This document shows positions 20,416 through 29,245 of a DNA stretch of 63,612 nucleotides, in pieces. How positions within the stretch are numbered: the first letter of the stretch is position 1; each line of letters begins with the position of its first letter. Origin of the DNA: an uncultured Clostridium sp. (lineage in GTDB: Bacteria > Bacillota > Clostridia > TANB77 > CAG-508); contig CABUKD010000005.1 in NCBI GenBank assembly GCA_902492105.1, positions 1 through 63,612 of the forward strand, written 5' to 3'. The position numbers were made by a program, and so were the translations under genes. The notes below the pieces were generated by a model, which worked only from the letters and a program-made list of their open reading frames with translations, searched no databases and was not told the origin of the DNA.

Positions 20416-20553
20416 TTATCTTCCACTGTGAATTTGCCATAAAGTACATTCCCGTTTGAGACCATTGCATTTTTGTGGCTTTGGACATAAATTACTTCCA
20501 AGCAAAGGGCATAAAATTGTTTGTTTCTTAGCCTTACTTTCTGTCTTGTCCAT
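20416..20553 (-). CDS. small Cys-containing protein (45 aa), not in the ORF track
   Basis: AGGAGG 8 nt before the ATG at 20553. TTGATT-17-TAATAT promoter upstream. Hairpin plus T-rich tract (20383-20408) after the stop. Sequence MDKTESKAKKQTILCPLLGSNLCPKPQKCNGLKRECTLWQIHSGR. Confidence 0.4.
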   Translation of the reverse strand: MDKTESKAKKQTILCPLLGSNLCPKPQKCNGLKRECTLWQIHSGR

Positions 20554-20624
20554 ATAAGATAACCTCCTTTATAAGTCATATTAATAGTATATGCTTTCAA
20601 AATCAAAATAGAACTAAAAAAGAA

Positions 20625-20651
20625 CCCACAGCTAGAATTTCTAGCTGTGGG
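20625..20651 (-). terminator. rho-independent terminator of the Cys-rich gene
   Basis: 11-bp GC-rich stem cccacagctag / ctagctgtggg. On the minus strand it is followed by ttctttttt. Confidence 0.75.
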
Positions 20652-20660
20652 CTACATGCC

Positions 20661-20927
20661 TTAACGTTTGGAGTGCTGGGAGCTAAAGCACGCCGGTTTC
20701 GGCGAAGTTTTGGCATCCCACTTCTCAAACGCCTTCATTCGATCTGCTTCGTTCATGCATCTCGAATTCTTGCAGTGTCCACTACATCCCAGCAGACACT
20801 CTCTACACGTAGGAACCTTAAAACAGGCTCCTTCCGGTTCCCGCTGAATATCAGTTTTACAATCTTCGTCCAGTCTGTTCGCACAGAACAGACTTTTCAT
20901 GCATCGAACACAAGGATTATTAGACAT
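20661..20927 (-). CDS. Cys-rich small protein (88 aa, 11 Cys), compositionally atypical
   Basis: RBS aggagg before the ATG. About 50% G+C by eye in a genome that is otherwise below about 30%. No family recognised. Confidence 0.55.
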   Translation of the reverse strand: MSNNPCVRCMKSLFCANRLDEDCKTDIQREPEGACFKVPTCRECLLGCSGHCKNSRCMNEADRMKAFEKWDAKTSPKPACFSSQHSKR

Positions 20928-21063
20928 GTATAATTACCTCCTATAAAATAGAGTATAAATAATATTATAGCACTAATCTTTTAAAAAAGCAAATTTTTTC
21001 CAATTGATATTTATGAAAGTGCCTAAAATAGATAGGAAAAAGTAAAAAATAAAATAGTTACTA

Positions 21064-21511
21064 CTAAATTTTGTCATAGTTATTCTTTGGTAATTTATCC
21101 TTATGAATAATAAAAACATAAACAAGATAAGCAACACAAAACACAATTAAAGTAAAAGCAATACAAATATATATTATTCCAAGGGTTTCACCACTATATC
21201 CATTTTCTACAATGTAATCACGAAGATCAAGGTTTTCTCCGTCACTAAAAATCATCTTATCTGTTTTTCCTATTATATAGTGAAAATATAAATTCCAATC
21301 TCCTAACCCGTTGTGAATACTGAATTGATTTTAAGTTTTGTGAAAAGTGATAATCAGGAAGAAAATGAACTAATTCATTAATATTAGATGAATTAACATT
21401 TAAAAAATAATCTCCTCTAAATATCATAATAATGCTAGAAAAAATCCACACAATATTAACTAGAATTATAATGGAAATAATAATTAGTTTTAAGATTTTA
21501 TGATCTTTCAA
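21064..21511 (-). pseudogene. small bitopic membrane protein, split as sequenced (21257..21511 and 21064..21255); a +1 shift at CGG 21310..21308 fuses them (148 aa)
   Basis: Skipping the C of the in-frame CGG gives ..KSIQYSQ-GLGDWNLYFHYIIGKTDKMIFSDGENLDL.., which reads straight through the second ORF in frame. Confidence 0.5.
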
Positions 21512-21721
21512 AAATATCTCCCTCCATCAATACAATAATATATGTATATTATATAATAAATTTATTGCAAGATTTTATTATCAATTGACACTATCTTATA
21601 AAAAATACATATTGACATTAAATATAAAATATAATAGTTAAACAAATTGACATTTTCAATATAAAATGTTACAATTATATTACAAAAATATTACAAAATA
21701 ATTAAATCTTATCAAAACTTA

Positions 21722-21751
21722 TTGACACTTAAGAAGTTTTGCTGATAAAAT
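21722..21751 (+). promoter_or_regulatory. sigma-A-type promoter for the candidate antisense RNA
   Basis: TTGACA (21722-21727), about 18-nt spacer, extended -10 tgaTAAAAT. A second good promoter is TTGACA (21647)-17-TACAAT (21670). Two more TTGACA boxes lie at 21585 and 21612. Confidence 0.5.
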
Positions 21752-21754
21752 ACA

Positions 21755-21900
21755 GATGAAAGAAGAAAAATTTATATATCTATATCTTCAAGAAAATTTT
21801 ATGTTTAAAAACATAAAATAGGTAAGGAATAGATCCTTACCAAACTCAATTATCTAACTTATTAGAATTGGAGTTCTCGGCATGAACTTCAATTTTTTTA
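21755..21900 (+). ncRNA. candidate antitoxin sRNA, convergent and overlapping the 3' end of the toxin ORF
   Basis: Promoter at 21722-21751. Terminator with 11-bp stem aattggagttc / gaacttcaatt (21866-21894) plus a T7 run. The terminator lies inside the antisense of the toxin CDS. Confidence 0.35.
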
Positions 21901-22025
21901 TGTCTATCTTGAAATTTCATATATGTATTATAACCAAGACTGGCTAAAAAACATAAAACTATTCCAACAATTAGGCAAATTAAAGCTATACCAAGGAATT
22001 GTACTGCCAAAGTTGCTGTATCCAA
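21846..22025 (-). CDS. candidate type I toxin: 59-aa hydrophobic peptide with charged tail (TTG start), not in the ORF track
   Basis: RBS ggaggtgaagg. Sequence (M)DTATLAVQFLGIALICLIVGIVLCFLASLGYNTYMKFQDRHKKIEVHAENSNSNKLDN. Own terminator hairpin ggtaaggatctattccttacc plus T-rich tract (21818-21840). Long structured 5' leader (22042-22150). Confidence 0.5.
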   Translation of the reverse strand: MDTATLAVQFLGIALICLIVGIVLCFLASLGYNTYMKFQDRHKKIEVHAENSNSNKLDN

Positions 22026-22355
22026 TTTTCCTTCACCTCCTACTAGTAAAAATTAAACTGCAAACCTGTGGGTGCAGTCTATCAACAGTTGCGAAAGATA
22101 TACTGCCTTACAATCAGCAGTAACAACTGCTGATTATTACACCCACATTATAGAGGTGATTAGATAATTTCTTATACTATATCATAAACACAATAATTTA
22201 ATCAATGGCTTACAGAAAATTTGCTAAATTTTTAAATTACTCGACACATTTCGATGGATTATTTAATAGAAGTATGCTATTTTATTGTGGCTTTTGTCGA
22301 AATAAAAAGCAAAAATAAAAAACCTTGATAAGCATTGAAATCAAGGTTTTTCTTT

Positions 22356-22432
<77 letters not shown>

Positions 22433-22551
22433 ATGAACAAATATTATCATAGCACGATTTAAAGATAATGTCAAGGAAAAATTAACAAAAAGACTGGAAA
22501 AATATATTAGAATAAGATATAATAACAAAAATGAAGATAAAGGAAAAATAT

Positions 22552-23268
22552 ATGGAAAAGGAAAATAGGTTAACAATCCATCAAATATTTTGGTATTTGG
22601 TGATATTTAGCATTATAGGACTGATTATAGAAACGATTTATGGTTATGCAACCACTGGAATATTAGAAAGTCGAAAAGGACTCATATGGGGACCTTTTTG
22701 CCCAGTTTATGGGGTAGGAGCGGTTGTTTTAATTTTATTGTTAAATCATGTAGACCAGAAAAATTATTTTAAGCTATTTATTTATGGATTTTTAATAGGA
22801 GCAGCTAGTGAATATATTATGAGCTATGTACTAGAAGCTTTTTATGGAATTCGCTTTTGGGATTATACTTATACAGGTAAAGATATTAATGGAAGAATTT
22901 GTACTATCTATTCTGTATTTTGGGGTTTCTTAGCTATTCTTTTAATGAAAGGAATAAAACCACTTATTGATAAGTTAATAAGTAAAATTCCTAAAAAAAT
23001 AGGAAAAATTTTAGAGATAGGGGTTTCTATATTTTTAGTTATAGATGTGCTAGTAACCATCTGGGCTATTCACACTTATGAAACTAGAGCGCTAAAAAAT
23101 TACTATCATGAAGAAATAACAATAGAAGAAGATGCAAATTGGTTTATTCAATTGAAAAATAAAATAGAAAATGAATATTTTACAAATGATTTCATGAAAA
23201 AAACTTTTCCAAATTTAAGAACAAAAGATAAAGAAGGAAACGAACTGTGGATTAGAGAAATTATTTAG
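22552..23268 (+). CDS. membrane protein, putative ABC-transporter type IV (CmpB-like, PF06541-type)
   Basis: ..GLIIETIYGYATTGILESRKGLIWGPFCPVYGVGAVV.. is typical of this family. The ATG at 22552 has RBS aaagga; the listed 22531 start has none. Confidence 0.6.
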   Translation: MEKENRLTIHQIFWYLVIFSIIGLIIETIYGYATTGILESRKGLIWGPFCPVYGVGAVVLILLLNHVDQKNYFKLFIYGFLIGAASEYIMSYVLEAFYGIRFWDYTYTGKDINGRICTIYSVFWGFLAILLMKGIKPLIDKLISKIPKKIGKILEIGVSIFLVIDVLVTIWAIHTYETRALKNYYHEEITIEEDANWFIQLKNKIENEYFTNDFMKKTFPNLRTKDKEGNELWIREII

Positions 23269-23354
23269 AAATTACGCATAAGAGAAAATATAAAATAGAC
23301 AATACAACAAAAAAAGCTAAAAAATGTATGATAAATTTTTTTAGCTTTTTTATT

Positions 23355-23645
23355 TTAATCAGGTAATATTATTTTAGGTTTTTTAGAATTAGCACGATAA
23401 ATTGTTATTTTATTCCCTATGGCCTGGATAAAAGTAGAATGAGTTGCATCTGCAATTTGCTCTCCAAAGGCTTTTACTTCATCAGGAGCAGTTTCTAAAA
23501 CATTTATTTTTATTAATTCTCTAGCTTCTAATGCATCATCTAATTGTTTTATTAAATTATCAGATAAACCTGCTTTTCCAATTTGAAAAATTGGGTCAAT
23601 AGAATTTGCTAAACTTCTTAAATAAGCTCTTTGTTTACTTGTCAT
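23355..23645 (-). CDS. YhbY-family (CRS1/CRM domain) RNA-binding protein
   Basis: MTSKQRAYLRSLANSIDPIFQIGKAGLSDNLIKQLDDALEARELIKINV.. . The internal ATG at 23645 with RBS aagagga is preferred over the listed 23756 start. Confidence 0.8.
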   Translation of the reverse strand: MTSKQRAYLRSLANSIDPIFQIGKAGLSDNLIKQLDDALEARELIKINVLETAPDEVKAFGEQIADATHSTFIQAIGNKITIYRANSKKPKIILPD

Positions 23646-23772
23646 TTTTTTCCTCTTTCTTTTTGAAATTTTATCTATTATATCATTCAAACATGCTAGT
23701 TTCAAGACTAAAAGAGCATTTTCATTTAAAATATAGAAAAATTTGTTACAATTCACAGACGATATGTTAAAA

Positions 23773-23922
23773 AAGGTAAATGATATATAATCTTTTTATT
23801 GAAGTCTTAAGGTGGGGACCGACAAATTAGAAAGTGTTTGAAATTTTATAAATAAAATTTCAATTACACTTTCTTATGCAGTTGGGGGACGCAAATAAAA
23901 AGACTTATATATCATTTACCTT
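23773..23922. repeat. structured palindromic repeat, family 2, copy D
   Basis: 28/30-nt arms aaggtaaatgatatataatctttttatt / aaataaaaagacttatatatcatttacctt (one bulge). The core is GAAGTCTTAAGGTGGGGACCGACAA-[hairpin]-GCAGTTGGGGGACGCAAAT. Confidence 0.8.
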
Positions 23923-24002
23923 AAAACAATTATTAGTTGTGAATTGTAACAAATTTTTAGATATTATACTTATAAAATAAAGTCTTACCTAATTAATAGT
24001 TC

Positions 24003-24612
24003 TTATAAACTTAAAAATCCTAAAATACCAAAGAGCAAAAATAAAATACCAGAAAATTTTTGCATTGCTTTTTCAGAAATATGCTTCTTTAAGAACTTTC
24101 CACACAAAATAGCTAAAAAATCACAAACCACCATAGCAGAAATAGCACCTAAAATAAGGCGAAATTTGTAATTTGGATATTGTATACCAAGTCCCATAGA
24201 AGCTAAAAAGGTTTTATCTCCTACTTCTCCAATGGCAATACAAAGTGCAATAATAAAACAATAATTTAATTTAAGATGAGATATTTTAAATAATATGCCT
24301 TCTTTTTTATTATTTTCCATATGTAAAGTTTCTTTTTTAGGAAGAAAAGAAATAATTCCCATTAAAATAAAAGAAAGATAAGTAATCCATTTTAGCACAG
24401 AATGTATGGTAGGGTTATCAAATAAAGTAATGCTACTACCAAATAGAATAGCAATTCCATGGCTAAAAAAGGATCCTATTGCTACACCTAACAATATTTT
24501 ATATACTCTAGTCTTAGAAGAAAAAGATAATACTAAAAGTTGTGTTTTATCACCGAAGTTCACTCATAAAAATCATGGCAAAAGAAATTAAAAACGGATA
24601 TAGGGAAAACAT
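24003..24612 (-). pseudogene. GDT1/TMEM165 (UPF0016) family cation transporter, N-terminus detached as sequenced by a +1 shift at 24555
   Basis: MFSLYPFLISFAMIFMSEL then CGG TGA. Skipping the C gives ..SELGDKTQLLVLS.., the family-defining E-x-G-D-K-T motif. A second copy, ..IGEVGDKTFL.., is present downstream. Corrected length is 202 aa. Confidence 0.8.
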
Positions 24613-24769
24613 GGAAAAAATCAGCTCTTTTCTTTTTCATCATAATTCATGTATATTCTAAAATGTAAATTCTATGTGAAATATTAAAAAAATCATTGCA
24701 TGAAAAAAAAGTTAGTGATAAGATACCTAAGTAAAACTATACGGAAATAAGAAAGAGGAGGAATTTAAA

Positions 24770-25894
24770 GTGATAGAAGTAAAACATGTCACAAAAAGGT
24801 ATCCAAATGTCACAGCCGTTGATAATATTAGTTTTGAAGTAAAAGATGGTGAAGTTGTTGGATTTTTAGGACCTAACGGAGCCGGAAAAAGTACTACTAT
24901 GAATATGCTTACCGGTTTTATAGAACCAACAGAAGGTCAAATTATCATCAATGGATATGATATTTCAAAAAAGGCTAAAAAAGCCAAAAAACAGATTGGT
25001 TATATGCCAGAAGGTACACCATTATATATGGATTTAACAGCAAAAGAGTTTATAAACTATATGGCAGAATTAAAAATGGTAAAGGCCAAAGAGAGAAAAG
25101 GTATTGTAGAAAAAGTAATAAAAGAAACAGGATTAGAAGAAGTACAAAATAAGCTAATCCGCAATTTGTCTAGAGGATATAAGCAAAGAGTAAGCTTAGC
25201 AGGAGCTTTAGTTGGTAACCCAGATGTTATTATTTTAGATGAACCAACTGTAGGACTAGACCCAAAACAGATTACGGAAATAAGAAGTTTAATTAAAGAA
25301 TTAGGAAAAAAACATACTGTTATTTTAAGTAGTCATATTTTGTCAGAAGTAAGTCAAATTTGCGAAAGAGTTATTATTATCAATCATGGAAAAATTGTAG
25401 CAATTGATACTCCTGAAAACTTAGAAAAGAAGACAAAAGAAAAAAATACGATTCTTGTGACAGTAGAAGATAAAAAAGAAAACATGAAACATTTGCAAGA
25501 GAAAGTAAGAGAAATTGAAGAAATAAAATTGTTAAAAGACAATCAAGATGGTACAAAACAATATGCTATTACTTCTTCTAATGAATTTGATTTAAGAAAA
25601 AAATTATTTGAGATTTTGCCAAAAGAAGAAATTACTATTTTTGAATTAAAGAAGAGTGAAGCAACCTTAGAAGATGCGTTTATTAAATTAATTGATGATA
25701 GTCAAAAAGCAGAAAAAGAAGTAGAAACAGAGCAGGATATCAATCAAGAGGAAAAGAAAGAGGAAAAGAAAGAAGAAAAAGAAAAACAGAAAAAAATAAA
25801 AGAAATGCAAAAGGAAGAAAAAAAGAAGGAAAAAGAGAAACAAAAACAAGAAAAGGAAAAAAATCATAAAAAAGATAAAGGAGGAGAAAAATAA
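24770..25894 (+). CDS. ABC transporter ATP-binding protein (ABC-2/GldA-like) with K/E-rich C-terminal tail
   Basis: GTG start with RBS agaggagg. Walker A GPNGAGKST, signature LSRGYKQRV, Walker B IILDEPT. The last ~70 aa are a Lys/Glu low-complexity tail. Confidence 0.9.
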   Translation: MIEVKHVTKRYPNVTAVDNISFEVKDGEVVGFLGPNGAGKSTTMNMLTGFIEPTEGQIIINGYDISKKAKKAKKQIGYMPEGTPLYMDLTAKEFINYMAELKMVKAKERKGIVEKVIKETGLEEVQNKLIRNLSRGYKQRVSLAGALVGNPDVIILDEPTVGLDPKQITEIRSLIKELGKKHTVILSSHILSEVSQICERVIIINHGKIVAIDTPENLEKKTKEKNTILVTVEDKKENMKHLQEKVREIEEIKLLKDNQDGTKQYAITSSNEFDLRKKLFEILPKEEITIFELKKSEATLEDAFIKLIDDSQKAEKEVETEQDINQEEKKEEKKEEKEKQKKIKEMQKEEKKKEKEKQKQEKEKNHKKDKGGEK

Positions 25895-26577
25895 TGTGGG
25901 CAGTTTATAAAAAAGAATTAAAGAGCTATTTTTTATCTCCTATAGGATATATAGCAATTGGTTTATTTTTAATTATGTTTAGTTTATTTTTCTATTTAAC
26001 AACTATTAGTGTTGGCGCATATGACATGGGAAATTTATACTTTAATACAGCAAGATATGGTTTATTATTAATTATTCCAATTATTACTATGAGAATGTTT
26101 GCAGAAGAAAGAAAAAATGGAACAGAACAATTATTATTAACTTCTCCTAGAAGTATTACAGGAATTGTAATGGGAAAATTTTTAGCAGCAGTTACTTTAA
26201 TTGTAATTACTTTACTTTTTTCTCTACTATATTATGTTATTTTATGTTTTTTTAAAGCACCAAGTTTATCACAAACTTTAGTATGTGCCTTAGGATTTTT
26301 GCTAGTAGCAATGGCAGGAATATCTTTGGGTATGTTTATTTCTAGCTTAACAGAAAATCAAGTAATTGCAGCAATTGTAACATTGGTATTATTAGTAGTA
26401 CCATGGTTTTTACCAAATATTAGTGATGCATTTTCTATCATTGATTTAATGAGTAGTTATCAAAAATTCCCAGCAGGACTTATCTCGGTGGCGGAAGTAA
26501 CTAATTTATTAGCCTTTGCAATTATGTTTATTTTATTTACAATTATTATTATGCAAAGAAGAAAATCAATAAAATAG
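25894..26577 (+). CDS. ABC-2 type transporter permease
   Basis: The start overlaps the upstream stop (ATAATG). Six TM helices. Confidence 0.8.
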   Translation: MWAVYKKELKSYFLSPIGYIAIGLFLIMFSLFFYLTTISVGAYDMGNLYFNTARYGLLLIIPIITMRMFAEERKNGTEQLLLTSPRSITGIVMGKFLAAVTLIVITLLFSLLYYVILCFFKAPSLSQTLVCALGFLLVAMAGISLGMFISSLTENQVIAAIVTLVLLVVPWFLPNISDAFSIIDLMSSYQKFPAGLISVAEVTNLLAFAIMFILFTIIIMQRRKSIK

Positions 26578-26593
26578 GAAAGGAAGAAAAATC

Positions 26594-28039
26594 ATGGAAA
26601 ATAAATTTATACAAATTATTAAAAAGAAGTGGCTCAGAAGTATTGCACTAACCATTTTACTATTTGCCATTATTGTTGCTGCCTATCTAGTCATTAATTT
26701 TGTGGTAAAGCAAGCTAACTTTACTGACTTTGACTTTACAAAAGAAAAAATCTATTCCATTTCACAAGCAACAGAAGATAAATTACAAAATTTAGACAAA
26801 GATGTTACTATTTCTGTTTATAATATGTATCAATATGTAGAAGACTTTGCATATAAATATGCCAATTTGAATGATCATATTAAAGTAGAAAAATTAGAAA
26901 ATTTGAATGCAAAAACAGATTGGAAAACAAATTATGGGGTAACAGATACAAGCGCTTTTGTTGTTATTCAAACAGAAGATAGAGAAAAGATTTTATTTAA
27001 TTCAGATTTTTATACTTATGATTATACTTCTGGTCAAGAAATAGATACTACAGAAGAGGCTATTACCAATGCTATTTTAGATGTTACTATAGAAGAAAAG
27101 CCTAAAATTTACTTTTTAACGGGGCACAATTTATATACAGAAGCATATTTTCAATACTTAGAAATGTCTTTAGAAGGTGAGGCAAATGAAGTAGAATACA
27201 TAGACTTACTTAAAACTGGTTCTGTACCAGAAGATTGTAAAGTATTAGTAATCACCGCATTACAAGAGGACATTACCGCCAAAGAAAAAGATGCTATTTT
27301 AGATTATATTAAACAAGGTGGAGAAATCTTGTTGTTGTTAGATCCAAATCTAAATAAAATAGATATGCCAAATTTTCAAGCAGTATTGGATGAATATGGT
27401 GTTAGTGTTTCAGAAGGTTACCTTTTAGAAGGAGATGCAAATCAAATGATGGCAGGTGCACCAAACTTTATTATTGCACCAATTAATAGCAGTTCTGAAT
27501 TAGTAAAAAATATTGATATGGGACTTAATGTATGCCTAGTAAACTCTGGAAAATTAGATATTGCTTCTACAAAAAAACTAGAAGAAAAAAATGTAACATT
27601 AGAAACTTTAGCAACAGTAAGTGACAAAGCTTTTTATAGAACAGATTTAGAATCTACTAGTGAAAATAAAATAGATAGTGATGAGGATGCAAAAGGAGCT
27701 ACTGTAGCAGCAATGCTTACTAAGCAGATGGATGAAGACAAAACTTCGAAACTAATTGTTTTTGCCAATACAGTATTTGCAACTAATATTCAAATAGATT
27801 CACAATATTACATTTATGCTATTACTAATTATAATAACGAAGACGTTTTACTAAACTCTGTTTCTTATTTAACACAAAGAGAAGATAATATTACTATTCG
27901 TAAAGATAGCGAAACTGTTACTACTTACAATGTAACAGAAATGCAAACTCGTATTGTATTAGGACTGATTTTCTCTATTCCGATTTTAATTGTAGTTATT
28001 GGAATTGTAGTTTGGCAATTAAGAAGAAGAAAAAAATAA
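26594..28039 (+). CDS. GldG-like ABC transporter auxiliary protein
   Basis: N- and C-terminal TM anchors around a large extracytoplasmic domain. Third gene of the ABC-2 operon, the usual GldA/F/G-type arrangement. Confidence 0.7.
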   Translation: MENKFIQIIKKKWLRSIALTILLFAIIVAAYLVINFVVKQANFTDFDFTKEKIYSISQATEDKLQNLDKDVTISVYNMYQYVEDFAYKYANLNDHIKVEKLENLNAKTDWKTNYGVTDTSAFVVIQTEDREKILFNSDFYTYDYTSGQEIDTTEEAITNAILDVTIEEKPKIYFLTGHNLYTEAYFQYLEMSLEGEANEVEYIDLLKTGSVPEDCKVLVITALQEDITAKEKDAILDYIKQGGEILLLLDPNLNKIDMPNFQAVLDEYGVSVSEGYLLEGDANQMMAGAPNFIIAPINSSSELVKNIDMGLNVCLVNSGKLDIASTKKLEEKNVTLETLATVSDKAFYRTDLESTSENKIDSDEDAKGATVAAMLTKQMDEDKTSKLIVFANTVFATNIQIDSQYYIYAITNYNNEDVLLNSVSYLTQREDNITIRKDSETVTTYNVTEMQTRIVLGLIFSIPILIVVIGIVVWQLRRRKK

Positions 28040-28097
28040 TTTAGTTCTGATATTAAAAATTCCTTCATACTTTTAGTTATGAAGGAGTTTTTATATT

Positions 28098-29138
28098 ATG
28101 AAAAATGTTTTTAAAATTAGTTTTGTTATTATTGGAACCATGATAGGTGCAGGATTTGCCTCGGGCCAAGAAATTAATTTGTTTTTTAATCGCTATGGTA
28201 ACATAGGAATATTAGGAATGATTCTTTCTTGTTTCTTAACAGGTTTTATTATATATCAAGTTTTTCAAATTCTACAAAAAAGAAATATTCATAATTATTC
28301 AGAATTTCTGGATAATATTAGTCCACATAAGAAACTAAACCAAATGGTTCAGATAATTATTCATATTTTCTTATTACTTTCATTTTATATTATGGTAGCA
28401 GGATTTTGTGCATATTTTAAGCAAGAATTTCAAATTCCAATTTGGATATCAGCAATCGTTATGGCTTTGTTATGTTATATTACTTTTAGAAGTGACATGA
28501 AAGGAGTTATTTCTATTAACACTTTTTTAATCCCTTTTTTAATTGTATTTATTTTTTACTTAGGGATAAAAAATATTCCTTTTCTAAATAGTTACTTTTC
28601 ACAACCATCCAACTTAAACTTGCCATCTGGTAATTCATTAGAATGGGTTATTAGCAGTGTTATTTATGCAAGTTATAATAGTATTTTATTAATTCCAATT
28701 TTAATTGAACTAAATGAAAAAATAGAAAAACAGTCAACTATAAAAAAAGTAAGGCTATTTTGTTTTGCAATACTAGCAATATTGGGTATTTGTTTATGTG
28801 GTTTGCTAATCAGAGGAGATGGATACAGCAATACACTAGAATTACCAATGATTCAAATTGTAAAAGAATTTGGAGTAGTATATCCATGGATTTATGGTAT
28901 TGTCATTATAGTAGCTATTTTCACTTCTGCTATTTCTGCTGGATATGGATTTTTAAAAAATGTAACCAAAACAAAAAAATCATATCAAAAATTAGTATTA
29001 CTACTTTGTACTAGTTCTATTTTCATCACATTTATTGGTTTTTCTAATTTAGTTAATCTATTATATCCCATTTTTGGAATATTGGGTTTAATACAAATAT
29101 TTCAAATTGTAAAAAGTAGGAGAGTATTTAGAAAATAA
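28098..29138 (+). CDS. YkvI-family membrane transporter
   Basis: ..IIGTMIGAGFASGQEINLFF.. N-terminus. About 10 TM helices. Confidence 0.6.
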   Translation: MKNVFKISFVIIGTMIGAGFASGQEINLFFNRYGNIGILGMILSCFLTGFIIYQVFQILQKRNIHNYSEFLDNISPHKKLNQMVQIIIHIFLLLSFYIMVAGFCAYFKQEFQIPIWISAIVMALLCYITFRSDMKGVISINTFLIPFLIVFIFYLGIKNIPFLNSYFSQPSNLNLPSGNSLEWVISSVIYASYNSILLIPILIELNEKIEKQSTIKKVRLFCFAILAILGICLCGLLIRGDGYSNTLELPMIQIVKEFGVVYPWIYGIVIIVAIFTSAISAGYGFLKNVTKTKKSYQKLVLLLCTSSIFITFIGFSNLVNLLYPIFGILGLIQIFQIVKSRRVFRK

Positions 29139-29245
29139 CTAGTTCAACGTAAATAGAATTTCTTGACTATTCTTTTGAAAAACAGTATAATGTAAAAAAA
29201 TAAAAGGATAAAACAAAAAAAGAAAATATACGAGAGGAAAATCAA

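Noticed and set aside
20416-20553. The 45-aa Cys peptide as a SCIFF-type (six-Cys-in-forty-five) ranthipeptide precursor.
   Set aside because: It has only four Cys, lacks the GGCGECQTSCQSACKTSC-like core, and has no adjacent radical-SAM maturase.
20232-20606. 124-aa ORF (-) as a real gene.
   Set aside because: It has no RBS at its start, runs through a terminator hairpin, and overlaps the antisense of the aminopeptidase 3' end. The strand is T-rich there, so stops are scarce by composition alone. The 45-aa ORF with AGGAGG, a promoter and a terminator explains the region better. The CGG +1 link between the two is noted as ambiguous.
21923-22123. 66-aa ORF (+).
   Set aside because: It is the antisense of the better-supported 59-aa toxin-like ORF and its leader. 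It has no RBS.
24613-24769. A yybP-ykoY (Mn2+) riboswitch upstream of the GDT1/UPF0016 gene.
   Set aside because: The leader is short and almost pure A/T, with none of the conserved G-rich four-way-junction segments.
25700-25894. The K/E-rich tail of the ABC ATPase as a separate gene or a repeat element.
   Set aside because: It is in frame and continuous with the ATPase. It is purine-rich low-complexity coding sequence, and the permease start overlaps its stop.
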